Shown here piece after piece: positions 39,523 to 49,594 of a stretch of 64,000 nucleotides of DNA. Made by a program: the position numbers and the translations under genes. Under the pieces are notes generated by a model, which was not told where the DNA came from, ran no database searches, and was given only the letters and a program-made list of their open reading frames with translations. Within the stretch, counting starts at the first letter, position 1; each line of letters starts with the position of its first letter. The stretch is from Oceanispirochaeta sp. (GTDB lineage Bacteria > Spirochaetota > Spirochaetia > DSM-2461). Where the stretch lies: positions 32,001 to 96,000 of the forward strand of contig CAXXOA010000002.1 of NCBI GenBank assembly GCA_963666275.2, given 5' to 3'.

Positions 39523-40982
39523 ATTATCTGTGCGCCGATGTGGGAACCTCCCGCATGAAGATTGCCCTTACCCGGCGGGACGGCCAGGTGATAGAATCGG
39601 CCTCACAGGATCTGACTGTGATCAAAGAGCAGGAAGGCTACTGCGAGATGGATATGGGAGAGGTCTGGTCAGCCTTTGCCGGACTCTGCCGGGAGCTGCA
39701 GGGGAAATGCCCGGAATCCTGGGAAGAACTCTCGGGTCTGGGCGTCACCGGACAGGGAGACGGACTCTGGCTGACCGACCCAGCCGGAACTCCTGTGAGA
39801 CCGGCGATTCTGTGGAACGACACCAGAACGAAAGAGCTGGAGAGCACCGGTCTGGATGAGTTCTGCACAGGCCGGTCGGCGAATGTGCCTTTTGCAGGAT
39901 CCTTTCATACGCTCCTTCAATGGCTTAAAATCCATGAACCGGAAAACTTCCGCCGGATCGGCCATATCTTCCACTGCAAAGACTGGATCAATTTTAATCT
40001 GACAGGGACTCCATCGGGAGATTATTCGGATGCCTCACTGGCCGGGTTCGATCTCTTTGACAAAGAGTACTGCGAAGAGATCTTTGATGAGATGGACATT
40101 GACAGCGCCGGCAGGGTTCTGCCTCCCCCGGCTCCTTCGGGCTCTGTGATTGGAACGGTCTCCTCAGAAGCATCTGACCGGACGGGCCTGCCCCGTGGCC
40201 TCCCTGTGATTGCAGGGGCTCTGGATGTCTGCGCTGTGGCCCATGGCGTGGGGGTCAGACAGCCGGGGGACACCTGTGTCATCGTGGGAACCACACTCTG
40301 TACAGAAGTGGTTGTGACGGAGGAGCAGGTGGATCTGAAACGGGGTATGGTGGCCTGTCATACAGTTCAGGACTACTACCTCAGCGTGATGCCCACCCTG
40401 AGCGGTACCACCTCCTTCGACTGGACCAAAAACCTTCTTTATCCACGGATGTCCTATAAAGAGATGGAAAAGGATATTGCGGACGTTCCGGTGGGAAGCC
40501 GGGGAATTATCTACCACCCCTTCCTTTACGGCGAGAGAGCCCCCTTCCGGAACCCCTTTGCCAGGGCCGGATTTTACGGACTGTCGGCGGTCCACGGACG
40601 CCGGGAGATGATGAGAGCGGTGTTTGAAGGAATAGCCCTCTCCCTGCGAGACTGCCTGTCCATCCTGCCCGAAGCGGGTGAAACCCTGACTGTCTGCGGC
40701 GGCGGCGCTGTGAGCGATCTTCTGTGCGGGATCATTGCGGACTGCACGGGCAGGACTGTGAAAAGGTCCCCCTGGAAGGAAGCGGGCATCAAAGGGATCG
40801 CCGATATCCTGTCGCAGGCTCTCGGCAGTGCCCCCTCACCGGAAAGTTATGCCGAATCAGAACCCACTCCGGAGGAGGTCATATTTATTGCGGATCCTGA
40901 AAAAACCAGGCTGTATGACCATCTTTATGAAGAATATGAACATCTGAAAGGGGGTATGGAGGCGTTCTGGTCGGAGAGATAA
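39519..40982 (+). CDS. FGGY carbohydrate kinase (erythritol/L-xylulose kinase-like)
   Basis: DVGTS, TGQGDGLW, ILWND.R, GERAPF, CGGGA. Confidence 0.85.
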   Translation: MNYLCADVGTSRMKIALTRRDGQVIESASQDLTVIKEQEGYCEMDMGEVWSAFAGLCRELQGKCPESWEELSGLGVTGQGDGLWLTDPAGTPVRPAILWNDTRTKELESTGLDEFCTGRSANVPFAGSFHTLLQWLKIHEPENFRRIGHIFHCKDWINFNLTGTPSGDYSDASLAGFDLFDKEYCEEIFDEMDIDSAGRVLPPPAPSGSVIGTVSSEASDRTGLPRGLPVIAGALDVCAVAHGVGVRQPGDTCVIVGTTLCTEVVVTEEQVDLKRGMVACHTVQDYYLSVMPTLSGTTSFDWTKNLLYPRMSYKEMEKDIADVPVGSRGIIYHPFLYGERAPFRNPFARAGFYGLSAVHGRREMMRAVFEGIALSLRDCLSILPEAGETLTVCGGGAVSDLLCGIIADCTGRTVKRSPWKEAGIKGIADILSQALGSAPSPESYAESEPTPEEVIFIADPEKTRLYDHLYEEYEHLKGGMEAFWSER

Positions 40983-40986
40983 AAAA

Positions 40987-41010
40987 GGAGAGGATGAAAC
41001 CATCCTCTCC
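40987..41010. terminator. Intrinsic terminator between convergent operons
   Basis: GGAGAGGATG-AAAC-CATCCTCTCC preceded by an A-run (U-tail on the minus strand). Confidence 0.75.
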
Positions 41011-41074
41011 GCATCAATAAAACTATATCATTCCAAAAGAATTATCAGGGCTTCAGATCAGAAGCTCTGTACTC

Positions 41075-43063
41075 TCAAAGGGCGAAAATTTTTCCCTGCT
41101 TATACTCTCCCCACACAGTTTCGAACCAGTGTTCCTCCCGGGGGATATCCCGGCAGGCTTCCCAGAAGATCCTGAGATCTCCCGAAGGAGTATCAAGGAC
41201 GATTTTCTGCATCTGAGCCTTCAGTTCAGGATTTTCATTCTTCACTGTAAAGCCTTCCTCCAGCTGTTCATGAAGAGCTGTCCCTCCGTCATCCAGGACT
41301 AGGAAGGATCCGCGGCTTCCGCCTCCCTGAGCCAGGTAATCCTCAATGGCTTTGAGATAGAACCAGTGGGAAATGGCCAGATGTCTCTGTTTCAGGGCAT
41401 AGGGTAGTCTGGACCGGCTGATCCTCAAGTCCCGGAAGGAGTCCACCAGGGATGCGGCCTCTTCCGTATGGAGAGAGATGGTTCTCATATCCCGGATAAG
41501 GGCTCCGTACTTACTCATTCTATACTGAAAATCCTCCGCATAGCGGCGTTCGCATTTTTCCTCAGGAGAAGCAGAGGTTATGGTCTCCACCAGGGTCATA
41601 AAAGAGCTCAGTGCCTCTTCAGCCGACTCCATTGCCCGCTCCAGATCAAGAGAGCTTTCCCGGTACTCCCTGGCGATTTTCTGACTGGCTCTCCAGGCAC
41701 CCACCTGACCTGCGTTGAGAGCAGTTCCCCCGGGACGATAAATCCCATGGGAACCATTGACTTCCCCAATGGGAAAGAAGTGCTTGAGATTGACCGATTC
41801 CCACCAGTGATCTCCTGCCAGACCGCCGTTATTATGCTGTGCCGCCACTGTGATCTGCAGGGGCTCATTAACAAGGTCTATATGATGATCCCTGTAGAGT
41901 TCCACAGCATCGGGATTCAGTTCAAACAGCCTGTCGATAGGCAGTTTTCCGGTCAGTCCGGACTGTTTCCAGTACTCCCGCGCCTCTTCAGAGAGGCTGT
42001 GGGGGGTGAAAACACCTATGGAAACATCTCCCACAGGATTTTCTCTGAAATCCATATAGACTTTGCGACCCAGAATTTCTTCTTCTCTGTATATGAGAAG
42101 ATCGATCAGGGAAGAGCCGTGATTCAGAATCCGTCCCGGGTCAAAAGGCCACTGATAGCCTTTCAGAAAAATAGCACTGGCAAGTTTATCCATGGAAGGA
42201 AAAAAGGCATTCAGAAAGTAATGCTTCTCTTCCGTTTCGGGATCAATGCTGTAATAGGACGGGATAACCTGCTGGTAGCTGCCTGACAGGTTCCAACGGA
42301 ATTTGACTGACCCGATACCGAACTGGGACTCTGTGAGATTCACGGCCTGTGCTCCCGCTTCCAGGGCAAGGCCTATTCCTCCTGTATGGGCAGGAGGATA
42401 AACAGAGTTTCTGTAAAGTCCTCCCGGGCCTCCCAGGCCGAATACCATATTATCGCAGAGAACAACTTTCACACCGTAGTTATTGGAATCGAGGTCCCTT
42501 TTATTCAGAACGATAGCGCCGACTATCCGGTTGTCCCCGGTCAGAAGTTTGACAACATCATGATGATCCCTGATACAGAGATCCAGATGATTCACTTCCT
42601 TTTCCAGAGCTTCTACCATCTTCTTTGATGTATAGGGCCCCAGAGAGGTGCCCCGGGCATTGGGATCGTGGTCCGTCTTGTAGCCGGTGTACCCGCCCCA
42701 GCGGTTGTAGGGGAAATCCACCCCCAGCCCTACCAGATGATAGAATCCGTTTTCCGAGCAGAGAGACTCCACCAGAGCAAGATCACCGTGAACAGCCCCT
42801 CCCTTGAATATGGACTGAGCCATCAGATAGGGAGAATCGGGCTGCCCTGAGGAATCTGACAATTTGTAATAGGTCTGTTTATCCGAACCTGTATTCCGGG
42901 AGGTCCCGCCTTTCATATTATCTGTAATAATGCAGATATCATCCACACCGGATCGCTTCAGCCGGACAGCAGCGGCAAGCGAGGCCGCTCCGCTTCCCAG
43001 CACAACAGTATGATGATAGAAGACTGGGACAGCAACTCCGTTCCAATCAATTGTATCGGTCAT
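41075..43063 (-). CDS. FAD-binding protein, SdhA/FrdA/NadB-like flavoprotein family, function unknown
   Basis: VLGSGAASLAAA, QHNNGGL, PIGEVNGSHGIYRPGG..LN, SRG. Confidence 0.75.
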   Translation of the reverse strand: MTDTIDWNGVAVPVFYHHTVVLGSGAASLAAAVRLKRSGVDDICIITDNMKGGTSRNTGSDKQTYYKLSDSSGQPDSPYLMAQSIFKGGAVHGDLALVESLCSENGFYHLVGLGVDFPYNRWGGYTGYKTDHDPNARGTSLGPYTSKKMVEALEKEVNHLDLCIRDHHDVVKLLTGDNRIVGAIVLNKRDLDSNNYGVKVVLCDNMVFGLGGPGGLYRNSVYPPAHTGGIGLALEAGAQAVNLTESQFGIGSVKFRWNLSGSYQQVIPSYYSIDPETEEKHYFLNAFFPSMDKLASAIFLKGYQWPFDPGRILNHGSSLIDLLIYREEEILGRKVYMDFRENPVGDVSIGVFTPHSLSEEAREYWKQSGLTGKLPIDRLFELNPDAVELYRDHHIDLVNEPLQITVAAQHNNGGLAGDHWWESVNLKHFFPIGEVNGSHGIYRPGGTALNAGQVGAWRASQKIAREYRESSLDLERAMESAEEALSSFMTLVETITSASPEEKCERRYAEDFQYRMSKYGALIRDMRTISLHTEEAASLVDSFRDLRISRSRLPYALKQRHLAISHWFYLKAIEDYLAQGGGSRGSFLVLDDGGTALHEQLEEGFTVKNENPELKAQMQKIVLDTPSGDLRIFWEACRDIPREEHWFETVWGEYKQGKIFAL

Positions 43064-44433
43064 TACTTCAGACCTTTTTCCTTCGCGGCGGTCCGTCCCT
43101 TCTGAAGCTCCGCTTTATAAACCTCTCCATCCCGTACGGGACAGCCGTTTTTACCTAATACATCTTTCATGATCTGAGAACACAGGGAACAGGCCAGGCA
43201 GCATTTGCTCTTGTCCATTTCACCTGTTCTGATGATATCCGCAACAGAATCGGGATAGGCGAAACTACCCCTGCCCTGTCCCACCAGCCGGCACCAGTCC
43301 TGCTCGACCAGACCAGCCGCCACCTGGGGAAACAGGTTCTTCAGCCAGCCCAGGGCAGCGGTTGCCACAGGAACAGGGCTTATGGCTTTCTGAAGTTCTC
43401 TTCCCACCTGCTGGAACCGGACGATTCCCTCCAGGGGATGCTCCGGAGGAGTCTTGCCTCCGGCAATGGGATTATTAAAAGGCCTGTTCATATAGGGCGA
43501 TGTTCTGGGATATCCTATGGAAAAATTGAACACCGGCATGGATGTCTGATCCACCAGTTCCCTGGCAAACCTGAGAGGCTCAGTCAGATCCATTTCCCGG
43601 CTGCCCTTTTCGGGTTTGACACCCCATCCGTAGGGATAAACAGAAGGTTCATGCATGGTCAGACGGGCTGTGATGAAGTGATCGCTTCCCATTTCCTGCG
43701 CAATTCCCATGGAACAGTCCCGGACAAAGCGGGTTCTGTTCTCATAGCTGCCCCCGTATTTGCCCTCTCTGGTATGGGCACAGAGCATTTCACCTGTGAG
43801 ATAGCCGTGAACGGCTTTCATTTCCACACCGTCAAATCCGGCCCGGGCGGCAAGCTTGCTGTTATGAATGAAAAGATCCTTCATCCGGTCAAGCTGGTCA
43901 TCTGTTGCCGGAGGATAGGAATCATCGATTCCCGCCAGAGCATCCAGCTCCGGATTGTGATGGATAATAACAGGAACGGGAGTCCCCTCGGGCTTGCTCC
44001 ATCTTCCCGAATGGGAGAGCTGAAGCACAAGGACGACTTCATGTCCCCATTTATCAACCGCGGCCTTGCGGGTTTCCTGAACCAGTCTCTTCCAGACATC
44101 CAGGTTTTCCTCGGTAATCATAAGCTGCCTGGGATTACTCTTTCCATCCCTGGAAATAACAGCGGCTTCGAACCATATGAGCCCCGCTCCGCCGAGAGCG
44201 AACCTTTTATACCGGCGGAAGGTCAGTTCCGAAGGGGCGGAGGTTTCAGGATCCGCATCTATCCCTTCCATGGGCTGAACAACAAACCTGTTGGGCAGAG
44301 TCCATTTCCCAATGCTAACCTGTTCCGACAGGATTTTTGTATTTCCGCTTATCGGAAGGACCAGTCCCAGATCATCAAGCCTGGCTCTCAGATCTGAAAT
44401 ATCCTTCAATTTAAATCTTTCAAATTCTGACAT
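43063..44433 (-). CDS. NADH:flavin oxidoreductase (Old Yellow Enzyme family) with C-terminal Cys cluster
   Basis: NRFVVQPMEG, QLSHSGR, AGFDGVE..AVHGYL, YGGSYENRTRF; CLACSLC...C; start MSEF inferred. Confidence 0.88.
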   Translation of the reverse strand: MSEFERFKLKDISDLRARLDDLGLVLPISGNTKILSEQVSIGKWTLPNRFVVQPMEGIDADPETSAPSELTFRRYKRFALGGAGLIWFEAAVISRDGKSNPRQLMITEENLDVWKRLVQETRKAAVDKWGHEVVLVLQLSHSGRWSKPEGTPVPVIIHHNPELDALAGIDDSYPPATDDQLDRMKDLFIHNSKLAARAGFDGVEMKAVHGYLTGEMLCAHTREGKYGGSYENRTRFVRDCSMGIAQEMGSDHFITARLTMHEPSVYPYGWGVKPEKGSREMDLTEPLRFARELVDQTSMPVFNFSIGYPRTSPYMNRPFNNPIAGGKTPPEHPLEGIVRFQQVGRELQKAISPVPVATAALGWLKNLFPQVAAGLVEQDWCRLVGQGRGSFAYPDSVADIIRTGEMDKSKCCLACSLCSQIMKDVLGKNGCPVRDGEVYKAELQKGRTAAKEKGLK

Positions 44434-45940
44434 CTTCTGTTTCCTCGTCTTCGCATTCAACTTTCGGTTTTTTCACAAGTTTCAGCAGAGAAGGACCTGC
44501 GAGGATTATCACTACAGTCAACAGGAATACAAGACTGATAGGACGGGTGACAAAAGTGGACCAGTGGCCTTCAGAAAGCATCAGAGACCGACGGAAGTTG
44601 GTTTCAAAGAGGGGTCCCAGAATCATTCCGAGAATGATGGGAGCCACGGAAAAGTGTATCTGTTTCAGAAAGAAACCGAGAACACCTGCAACGATCAGGA
44701 CAAAGACATCAAAAATCGAGTTATTGATGGCATAGGATCCAACGAGACAGAAGATAAATACCGCAGGGATCAGGATACTCTTCTTCACAGTAATGAGCCT
44801 GCTGAATACCCGGGCGCCGGCCAGGCCGATAACCAGCATGAAAACAACAGAGAGCAGAAGACTGATAAAGATGGAGGAAACAAAGGGCATCTGCTGCTGA
44901 AAAAGGATGGGACCGGGCCGCAGTCCCTGAATGATCAGACCGCCCATCAGAACGGCAGTCATGGGGTCTCCGGGAACTCCCAGGGTCATCATGGGAATCA
45001 GAGCGCCGCCGGTACTGGCGTTGTTGGCAGCTTCAGGTGCCGCCACTCCATCGATAATACCTGTCCCGAGAAGGTTTTTGTTCTTTCCGAGTTTTTTCTC
45101 CTGACCGTAGGCAACCAGGGATGCAATGGAGCCTCCCGCTGCGGGGATAGCGCCGATCATGGTTCCGATAAAGGAAGATCTTACGATAGAAGGAATCAGT
45201 CTTTTAATATCTTTCAGACTGGGAACAACCTTATCCAGTTTCTGGGTAATCACAGTTCTATGATCATCTTTGGCAATCTGGTTCAGCATTTCCGCGATAC
45301 CATAAACACCGATCATGACAGGAATGCTGTCTATACCGTCCAGCAGTTCGGCTTTACTGAAAACCATACGGGGAACGCTGGAGATAGGATCCAGACCGGC
45401 TGAACCGAGGATAAGACCGATCGTTCCTCCGATAAGACCTTTGACTGTGGAACCGGGACTGATAATGGCAATGACGCTCAAACCGATAAGGGCTATTCCC
45501 ACATACTCTTCAGCACTGAACTTCAGAGCCACGCTGGCAATCAGAGGAGCCGCCACACTCAGGACTAGAACACTGAACAGTCCCCCCAGGGCGGAGGCAA
45601 CGACGGAGATACCGATGGCTTCTCCGGCTCTTCCTTTCTGACAGAGAGGATAACCGTCAAAACTCGTGGCAATGGACGAAGGTGTACCGGGAATATTTAT
45701 AAGGATGGCGGAAATGGATCCCCCATAAACTGCTCCCGTATAGAGTCCCAGGAGAAATGCAAAAGACACAACAGGATCAAGACCGAATGTAAAAGGGATA
45801 AAAACCGCAATGGTCATGGTCGAAGTGAGTCCCGGAAGGGAACCGAAAACGATCCCCACAAGGACACCGAAAAATGATGTTATAAACATCATGGGATTGG
45901 CAAAGTAATGTAGACCGGCTACGTATAAATCGAATGACAT
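44420..45940 (-). CDS. tctA: Tripartite tricarboxylate transporter large permease
   Basis: YGGSISAILINIPGTP, GVAAPEAANN, GLRPGP, APIILGMILG. Confidence 0.93.
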   Translation of the reverse strand: MSFDLYVAGLHYFANPMMFITSFFGVLVGIVFGSLPGLTSTMTIAVFIPFTFGLDPVVSFAFLLGLYTGAVYGGSISAILINIPGTPSSIATSFDGYPLCQKGRAGEAIGISVVASALGGLFSVLVLSVAAPLIASVALKFSAEEYVGIALIGLSVIAIISPGSTVKGLIGGTIGLILGSAGLDPISSVPRMVFSKAELLDGIDSIPVMIGVYGIAEMLNQIAKDDHRTVITQKLDKVVPSLKDIKRLIPSIVRSSFIGTMIGAIPAAGGSIASLVAYGQEKKLGKNKNLLGTGIIDGVAAPEAANNASTGGALIPMMTLGVPGDPMTAVLMGGLIIQGLRPGPILFQQQMPFVSSIFISLLLSVVFMLVIGLAGARVFSRLITVKKSILIPAVFIFCLVGSYAINNSIFDVFVLIVAGVLGFFLKQIHFSVAPIILGMILGPLFETNFRRSLMLSEGHWSTFVTRPISLVFLLTVVIILAGPSLLKLVKKPKVECEDEETEDVRI

Positions 45941-45952
45941 AAACAGACTCCT

Positions 45953-46441
45953 CTAGAATAACAGGCCCGTAGGGAACGGGATTCGGAGAATAATTTTAAA
46001 AATAACGTACATAACAATCGTCAGGAGCAGTGTGGTTACCATGATCCTGATCATGTGCTTTTTCGGTTCATCCGTCAGAATGACAAGCATGATGGCAAGG
46101 AACAGGAAAGCGGCGAAAGCGAAGCCCAGATGCTCCAGAATCAGGGGATAAACCACAAGAAGGGCCAGGGTCAGGAACATGTTCAGTCCGCCCTTGGTCT
46201 TATACAGAGGAGCCTTTTTAACCGGAGGAGGACAGTCTTCCGGAACAGGAACTACCTTCAGTGAAGATCTCATCATTAAAAGGGAGAGAACTCCCAGTAA
46301 TACCGATAACATTTTGGGATAGAATCCAGCACTCATGGCAGCCGGAGCTCCTGCCCTTACAGGCAGTGTAGTCGTATAGGAAAACAACGCTACAGAAATA
46401 ACGAGAAATACGATACTGGCTGCCAGATCTTTCTTATTCAT
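45953..46441 (-). CDS. tctB: Tripartite tricarboxylate transporter small permease
   Basis: 4 TMs, FYP motif, LGF, terminal PTG; lies between tctC and tctA. Confidence 0.85.
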   Translation of the reverse strand: MNKKDLAASIVFLVISVALFSYTTTLPVRAGAPAAMSAGFYPKMLSVLLGVLSLLMMRSSLKVVPVPEDCPPPVKKAPLYKTKGGLNMFLTLALLVVYPLILEHLGFAFAAFLFLAIMLVILTDEPKKHMIRIMVTTLLLTIVMYVIFKIILRIPFPTGLLF

Positions 46442-46535
46442 GGAACATACTCCTTGGACTTTTTGAGTTTTTTGTCATGTATCATTAAATGAGTATAAAA
46501 GGAAAAAAAATCAATTGTGTGAAAAAGGGGGAAAC

Positions 46536-46554
46536 TGGGGGCTCACAGCCCCCA
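46536..46554 (-). terminator. Stem-loop downstream of tctC
   Basis: TGGGGGCT-CAC-AGCCCCCA followed by a pyrimidine tract on the minus strand. Confidence 0.55.
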
Positions 46555-46565
46555 TTAAGAACTTT

Positions 46566-47537
46566 TTAATCGTCTACAAACTCGACACCGAGATCATTAA
46601 CAAGATAGTTCAGCTGCGCTTCAGCAGCATTAACAACTTCATGGAATTCCATGCGGTTGCTGTAAAGGGGCTGATATCCGGCTTTCAGAAGGAAGTCACG
46701 GATGGCAGGATCTTCCAGACATTTACCGATGGCTTCATCAAGGATCCGGATTTTTTCGGGATCAGTATCAGCAGGAGCTACAAAACCGGAGTAGTTACCC
46801 AGAACAATATCAAAGCCCTTCTCTTTCAGAGTGGGGACATCGGGATAGTCGGGGTGACGTTCCGCAGAAGCAATGGCCAGCAGTCTCAGATCTCCGGAAG
46901 CCACGTGCTGTGCTACGTCGGGAAGAGGAATATTGGTGGAATCAACATGACCGCCCAGAAGTGCGGTTACACCTTCGGCATATCCGTCATAGGGAATGTG
47001 ATTCAGTTCAATCCCGGCTTCAGCAGCAAAGATTTCCGCATAGATGTGGGCACTGGCACCATTTCCGGAGTTGGAGTTTTTCAGTTCACCGGGGTGAGCT
47101 TTCGCATATTCCACATACTCTTCAATGGTCTGCCAGGGGCTGTCCGCATTAACTGTAACAGTCGCAGGAATTGTAATTACCTGAGAAATCAGTTCTACAT
47201 TTTTAATATCGGGGTAAACAGGTGAAATATATTTAGCCGATATGGTGGACATAGAAGTTGTACCGATAACATAACCGTCGTTGTTACTGTTTTCGATAAG
47301 CAGTGAACCGACAACTCCGCCACCGCCGGGTTTGTTTTCAACAATAAAGTTTACTCCGAAGTAATCTTCCAGCCAGGATGTAATCGGTCTGGTCAGAACG
47401 TCAGTCATACCGCCTACGGACCAGGGAATGATGACCTTGACATCTTTACTCGGATAAGAAGCTTCTTCCTGAGAACCTTCTGCAAAAATTGTGAATGTGA
47501 GTGTGATTGCAAATACAATCGCCAGCATCCTTTTCAT
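46566..47537 (-). CDS. tctC: Tripartite tricarboxylate transporter substrate-binding protein (Bug/TctC)
   Basis: YPSK...IIPW..GG.TD, VENKPGGGG, HIPY.G, LLGGHVD, PDVPTL.E.G; start MKR after GGAGG. Confidence 0.9.
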   Translation of the reverse strand: MKRMLAIVFAITLTFTIFAEGSQEEASYPSKDVKVIIPWSVGGMTDVLTRPITSWLEDYFGVNFIVENKPGGGGVVGSLLIENSNNDGYVIGTTSMSTISAKYISPVYPDIKNVELISQVITIPATVTVNADSPWQTIEEYVEYAKAHPGELKNSNSGNGASAHIYAEIFAAEAGIELNHIPYDGYAEGVTALLGGHVDSTNIPLPDVAQHVASGDLRLLAIASAERHPDYPDVPTLKEKGFDIVLGNYSGFVAPADTDPEKIRILDEAIGKCLEDPAIRDFLLKAGYQPLYSNRMEFHEVVNAAEAQLNYLVNDLGVEFVDD

Positions 47538-47558
47538 GTAAATCCTCCAATGATTTTC

Positions 47559-47641
47559 TTGCATGCAACTAAAAATCAGATTATACCCGATGGTACGGTT
47601 TGTCAATAAAAAATTATCCAGAAACCGTTTAATGCATGCAA
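47559..47641. promoter_or_regulatory. Two TGCATGCA palindromic operators flanking the tctC promoter
   Basis: TTGCATGCAA (47559-47568) and ATGCATGCAA (47632-47641); minus-strand TTGACA at 47601-47606. Confidence 0.6.
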
Positions 47642-47680
47642 CTATCTATCCTATTTCACTATCTCATAGCGATTTAAGAT

Positions 47681-48682
47681 TCATAAAAAAATTGTGTTTC
47701 CTTCCAGATATTCCCCTGTAAGTACCGAACGCAGGGGTTTGACGGATTTTTCAATAATATAGCCGTTCAGCCAGCTGCCTGCGGTTCTTCCCAGTTCGTG
47801 AATGGAGAGGGACACTGTGTCGATTCTTCGGTCCAGCAGCCCCTGAATGGGGGAATCGTCCACTCCGGCCAGAGAGATGTCCTCGGGAAAGCGGAATCCC
47901 CGTGCCTGGGCAGTCTGAAGGAAAGAGACTGCCACGATATCGTTAAAGGCAAAAACCGCGTTGAAACGGTGCTCCTCTACCCAGCCCATAACGGACTGGG
48001 AAATTTCATGAAAGTCGGAAACATCAAACCGGGAGTGAGCTCCCATGGCAAGTCCTCCGGCTTCAAAGGAACCGGAAATGACTTCATACCGCTTATCTGA
48101 AATTTCAGGAAGCCCCCTGTACCCTATAAAACAGGGCCTGAGATCTTTCCTGCGGGATTCCATAAGCCTCCCGGCGATCTTTGTTAACCCTTCAGAGACG
48201 TCGTACATAACATAACTGCCGCTGCGGGCTTTTCTGTTCAGAAGAATATAGGGGATCTCCCTCTCTTTCAGCGTGGCCGTCAGTTCTCTGCCGGGTTTGG
48301 TAAAAGCAAAAACACAACCGTCAATCTGTCCTGTTTTTTTCCGTTCCAGAAAATCCAGGTTTCCATCGTTTACCCGGGTGATGAAATTAAGCTTCACATC
48401 ACCGAAACCTTCCTGTATGGATTCGATCAGTTCTGATATATTGTAGAAGAAGTGGGTAATCGTGGAGTGCCCATGGGGAAGAAAGAGATGAATATTCAGA
48501 ATCGCTCTGGACACATGCTTTTTAATGGCCCTCTTCTGATACCCCATTTTTTCTGCGGTTTCCAGAATCTGTCTGGACCGTTCATCACTGATCAGGGTGG
48601 ACTTATTCAGTACCCTGGAAACAGTACTGGGAGAGATATCAAGCTCTTTTGCAATATCATATACAGTTATACGTTTTCCCAT
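47681..48682 (-). CDS. LacI-family transcriptional regulator
   Basis: TVYDIAKELDISPSTVSRVLN; AFND.VA; PEDISLAG.DD. Confidence 0.92.
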   Translation of the reverse strand: MGKRITVYDIAKELDISPSTVSRVLNKSTLISDERSRQILETAEKMGYQKRAIKKHVSRAILNIHLFLPHGHSTITHFFYNISELIESIQEGFGDVKLNFITRVNDGNLDFLERKKTGQIDGCVFAFTKPGRELTATLKEREIPYILLNRKARSGSYVMYDVSEGLTKIAGRLMESRRKDLRPCFIGYRGLPEISDKRYEVISGSFEAGGLAMGAHSRFDVSDFHEISQSVMGWVEEHRFNAVFAFNDIVAVSFLQTAQARGFRFPEDISLAGVDDSPIQGLLDRRIDTVSLSIHELGRTAGSWLNGYIIEKSVKPLRSVLTGEYLEGNTIFL

Positions 48683-48769
48683 TTTTGCCCCTTGACAGAT
48701 TTATTGCGTGCAATTAACTTACAATAGATTTCCATTTTTGTCAAAATATACTTCAGGAGGAACAGGAAT

Positions 48770-49561
48770 ATGAAGTCTCTGGAAAAAAAAGTTGTCCTTG
48801 TGACAGGTTCCAGCCGGGGGATCGGAAGAGGGATCGCGCTGGAAATGGCCGCTTCCGGATTCAGTGTTGCCATCAACTACAGCGGAAACAGAGAGGCTGC
48901 GGATGAAACCCTGAAGTTATGCCGGGAACAGGCGGTTTCCGACTCCCAGAGTTTTGCCGTCTTTCAGGCGGATATAAGCAGAGAAGAGGACAGGACAAGA
49001 CTCCTGAAGGAAGTGATCGAAGAGTTCGGTGATATTCACAGCCTTGTGAACAATGCGGGTGTGGCTCCCAAAGAGCGTCTGGATCTGCTTGAAATGAGCG
49101 AGGGGTCCTTTGACAGGCTGATGACCATAAATCTCAAGGGGGCGTTTTTCCTTTCCCAGGCTGTGTCCCGATACTGGCTCTCTAAACCGGAGTTACGTTC
49201 TGAATTCAGGAGCCTCATTTTTGTGACATCCGTCTCTTCCGAGATGGTTTCCATCAACAGAGGGGAATACTGCATAGCCAAAACAGGCCTCTCCATGTCG
49301 GCGAAACTGTTTGCCCGACGCCTGGCGGCTGATAATGTCGGCGTCTATGAGATTCGTCCGGGGATCATCCAGACCGACATGACCGGAACTGTCAAAGACA
49401 AGTACGATCAATTAATCGCAGACGGTCTGGTTCCCCAGAAAAGATGGGGATTTCCCAAAGACATAGGAAGCGCCGCCGCATCCCTCAGCAGAGGAGACTT
49501 CTCCTACTCGAGCGGAACAGTCATTCATGTCGACGGCGGTCTGCACATACCGGAGCTCTGA
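48770..49561 (+). CDS. Short-chain dehydrogenase/reductase (3-ketoacyl-ACP reductase-like annotation class)
   Basis: TGSSRGIG, VNNAG, YCIAK (YxxxK), PG.I.TDM. Confidence 0.9.
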   Translation: MKSLEKKVVLVTGSSRGIGRGIALEMAASGFSVAINYSGNREAADETLKLCREQAVSDSQSFAVFQADISREEDRTRLLKEVIEEFGDIHSLVNNAGVAPKERLDLLEMSEGSFDRLMTINLKGAFFLSQAVSRYWLSKPELRSEFRSLIFVTSVSSEMVSINRGEYCIAKTGLSMSAKLFARRLAADNVGVYEIRPGIIQTDMTGTVKDKYDQLIADGLVPQKRWGFPKDIGSAAASLSRGDFSYSSGTVIHVDGGLHIPEL

Positions 49562-49594
49562 TCCCTATCCGAAGAGCACACCCAGGAGTAAACA

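Noticed and set aside
41075..43063. Succinate dehydrogenase/fumarate reductase subunit A call
   Set aside because: No Fe-S or membrane-anchor subunits nearby, and the covalent-FAD SHT/S motif is not evident
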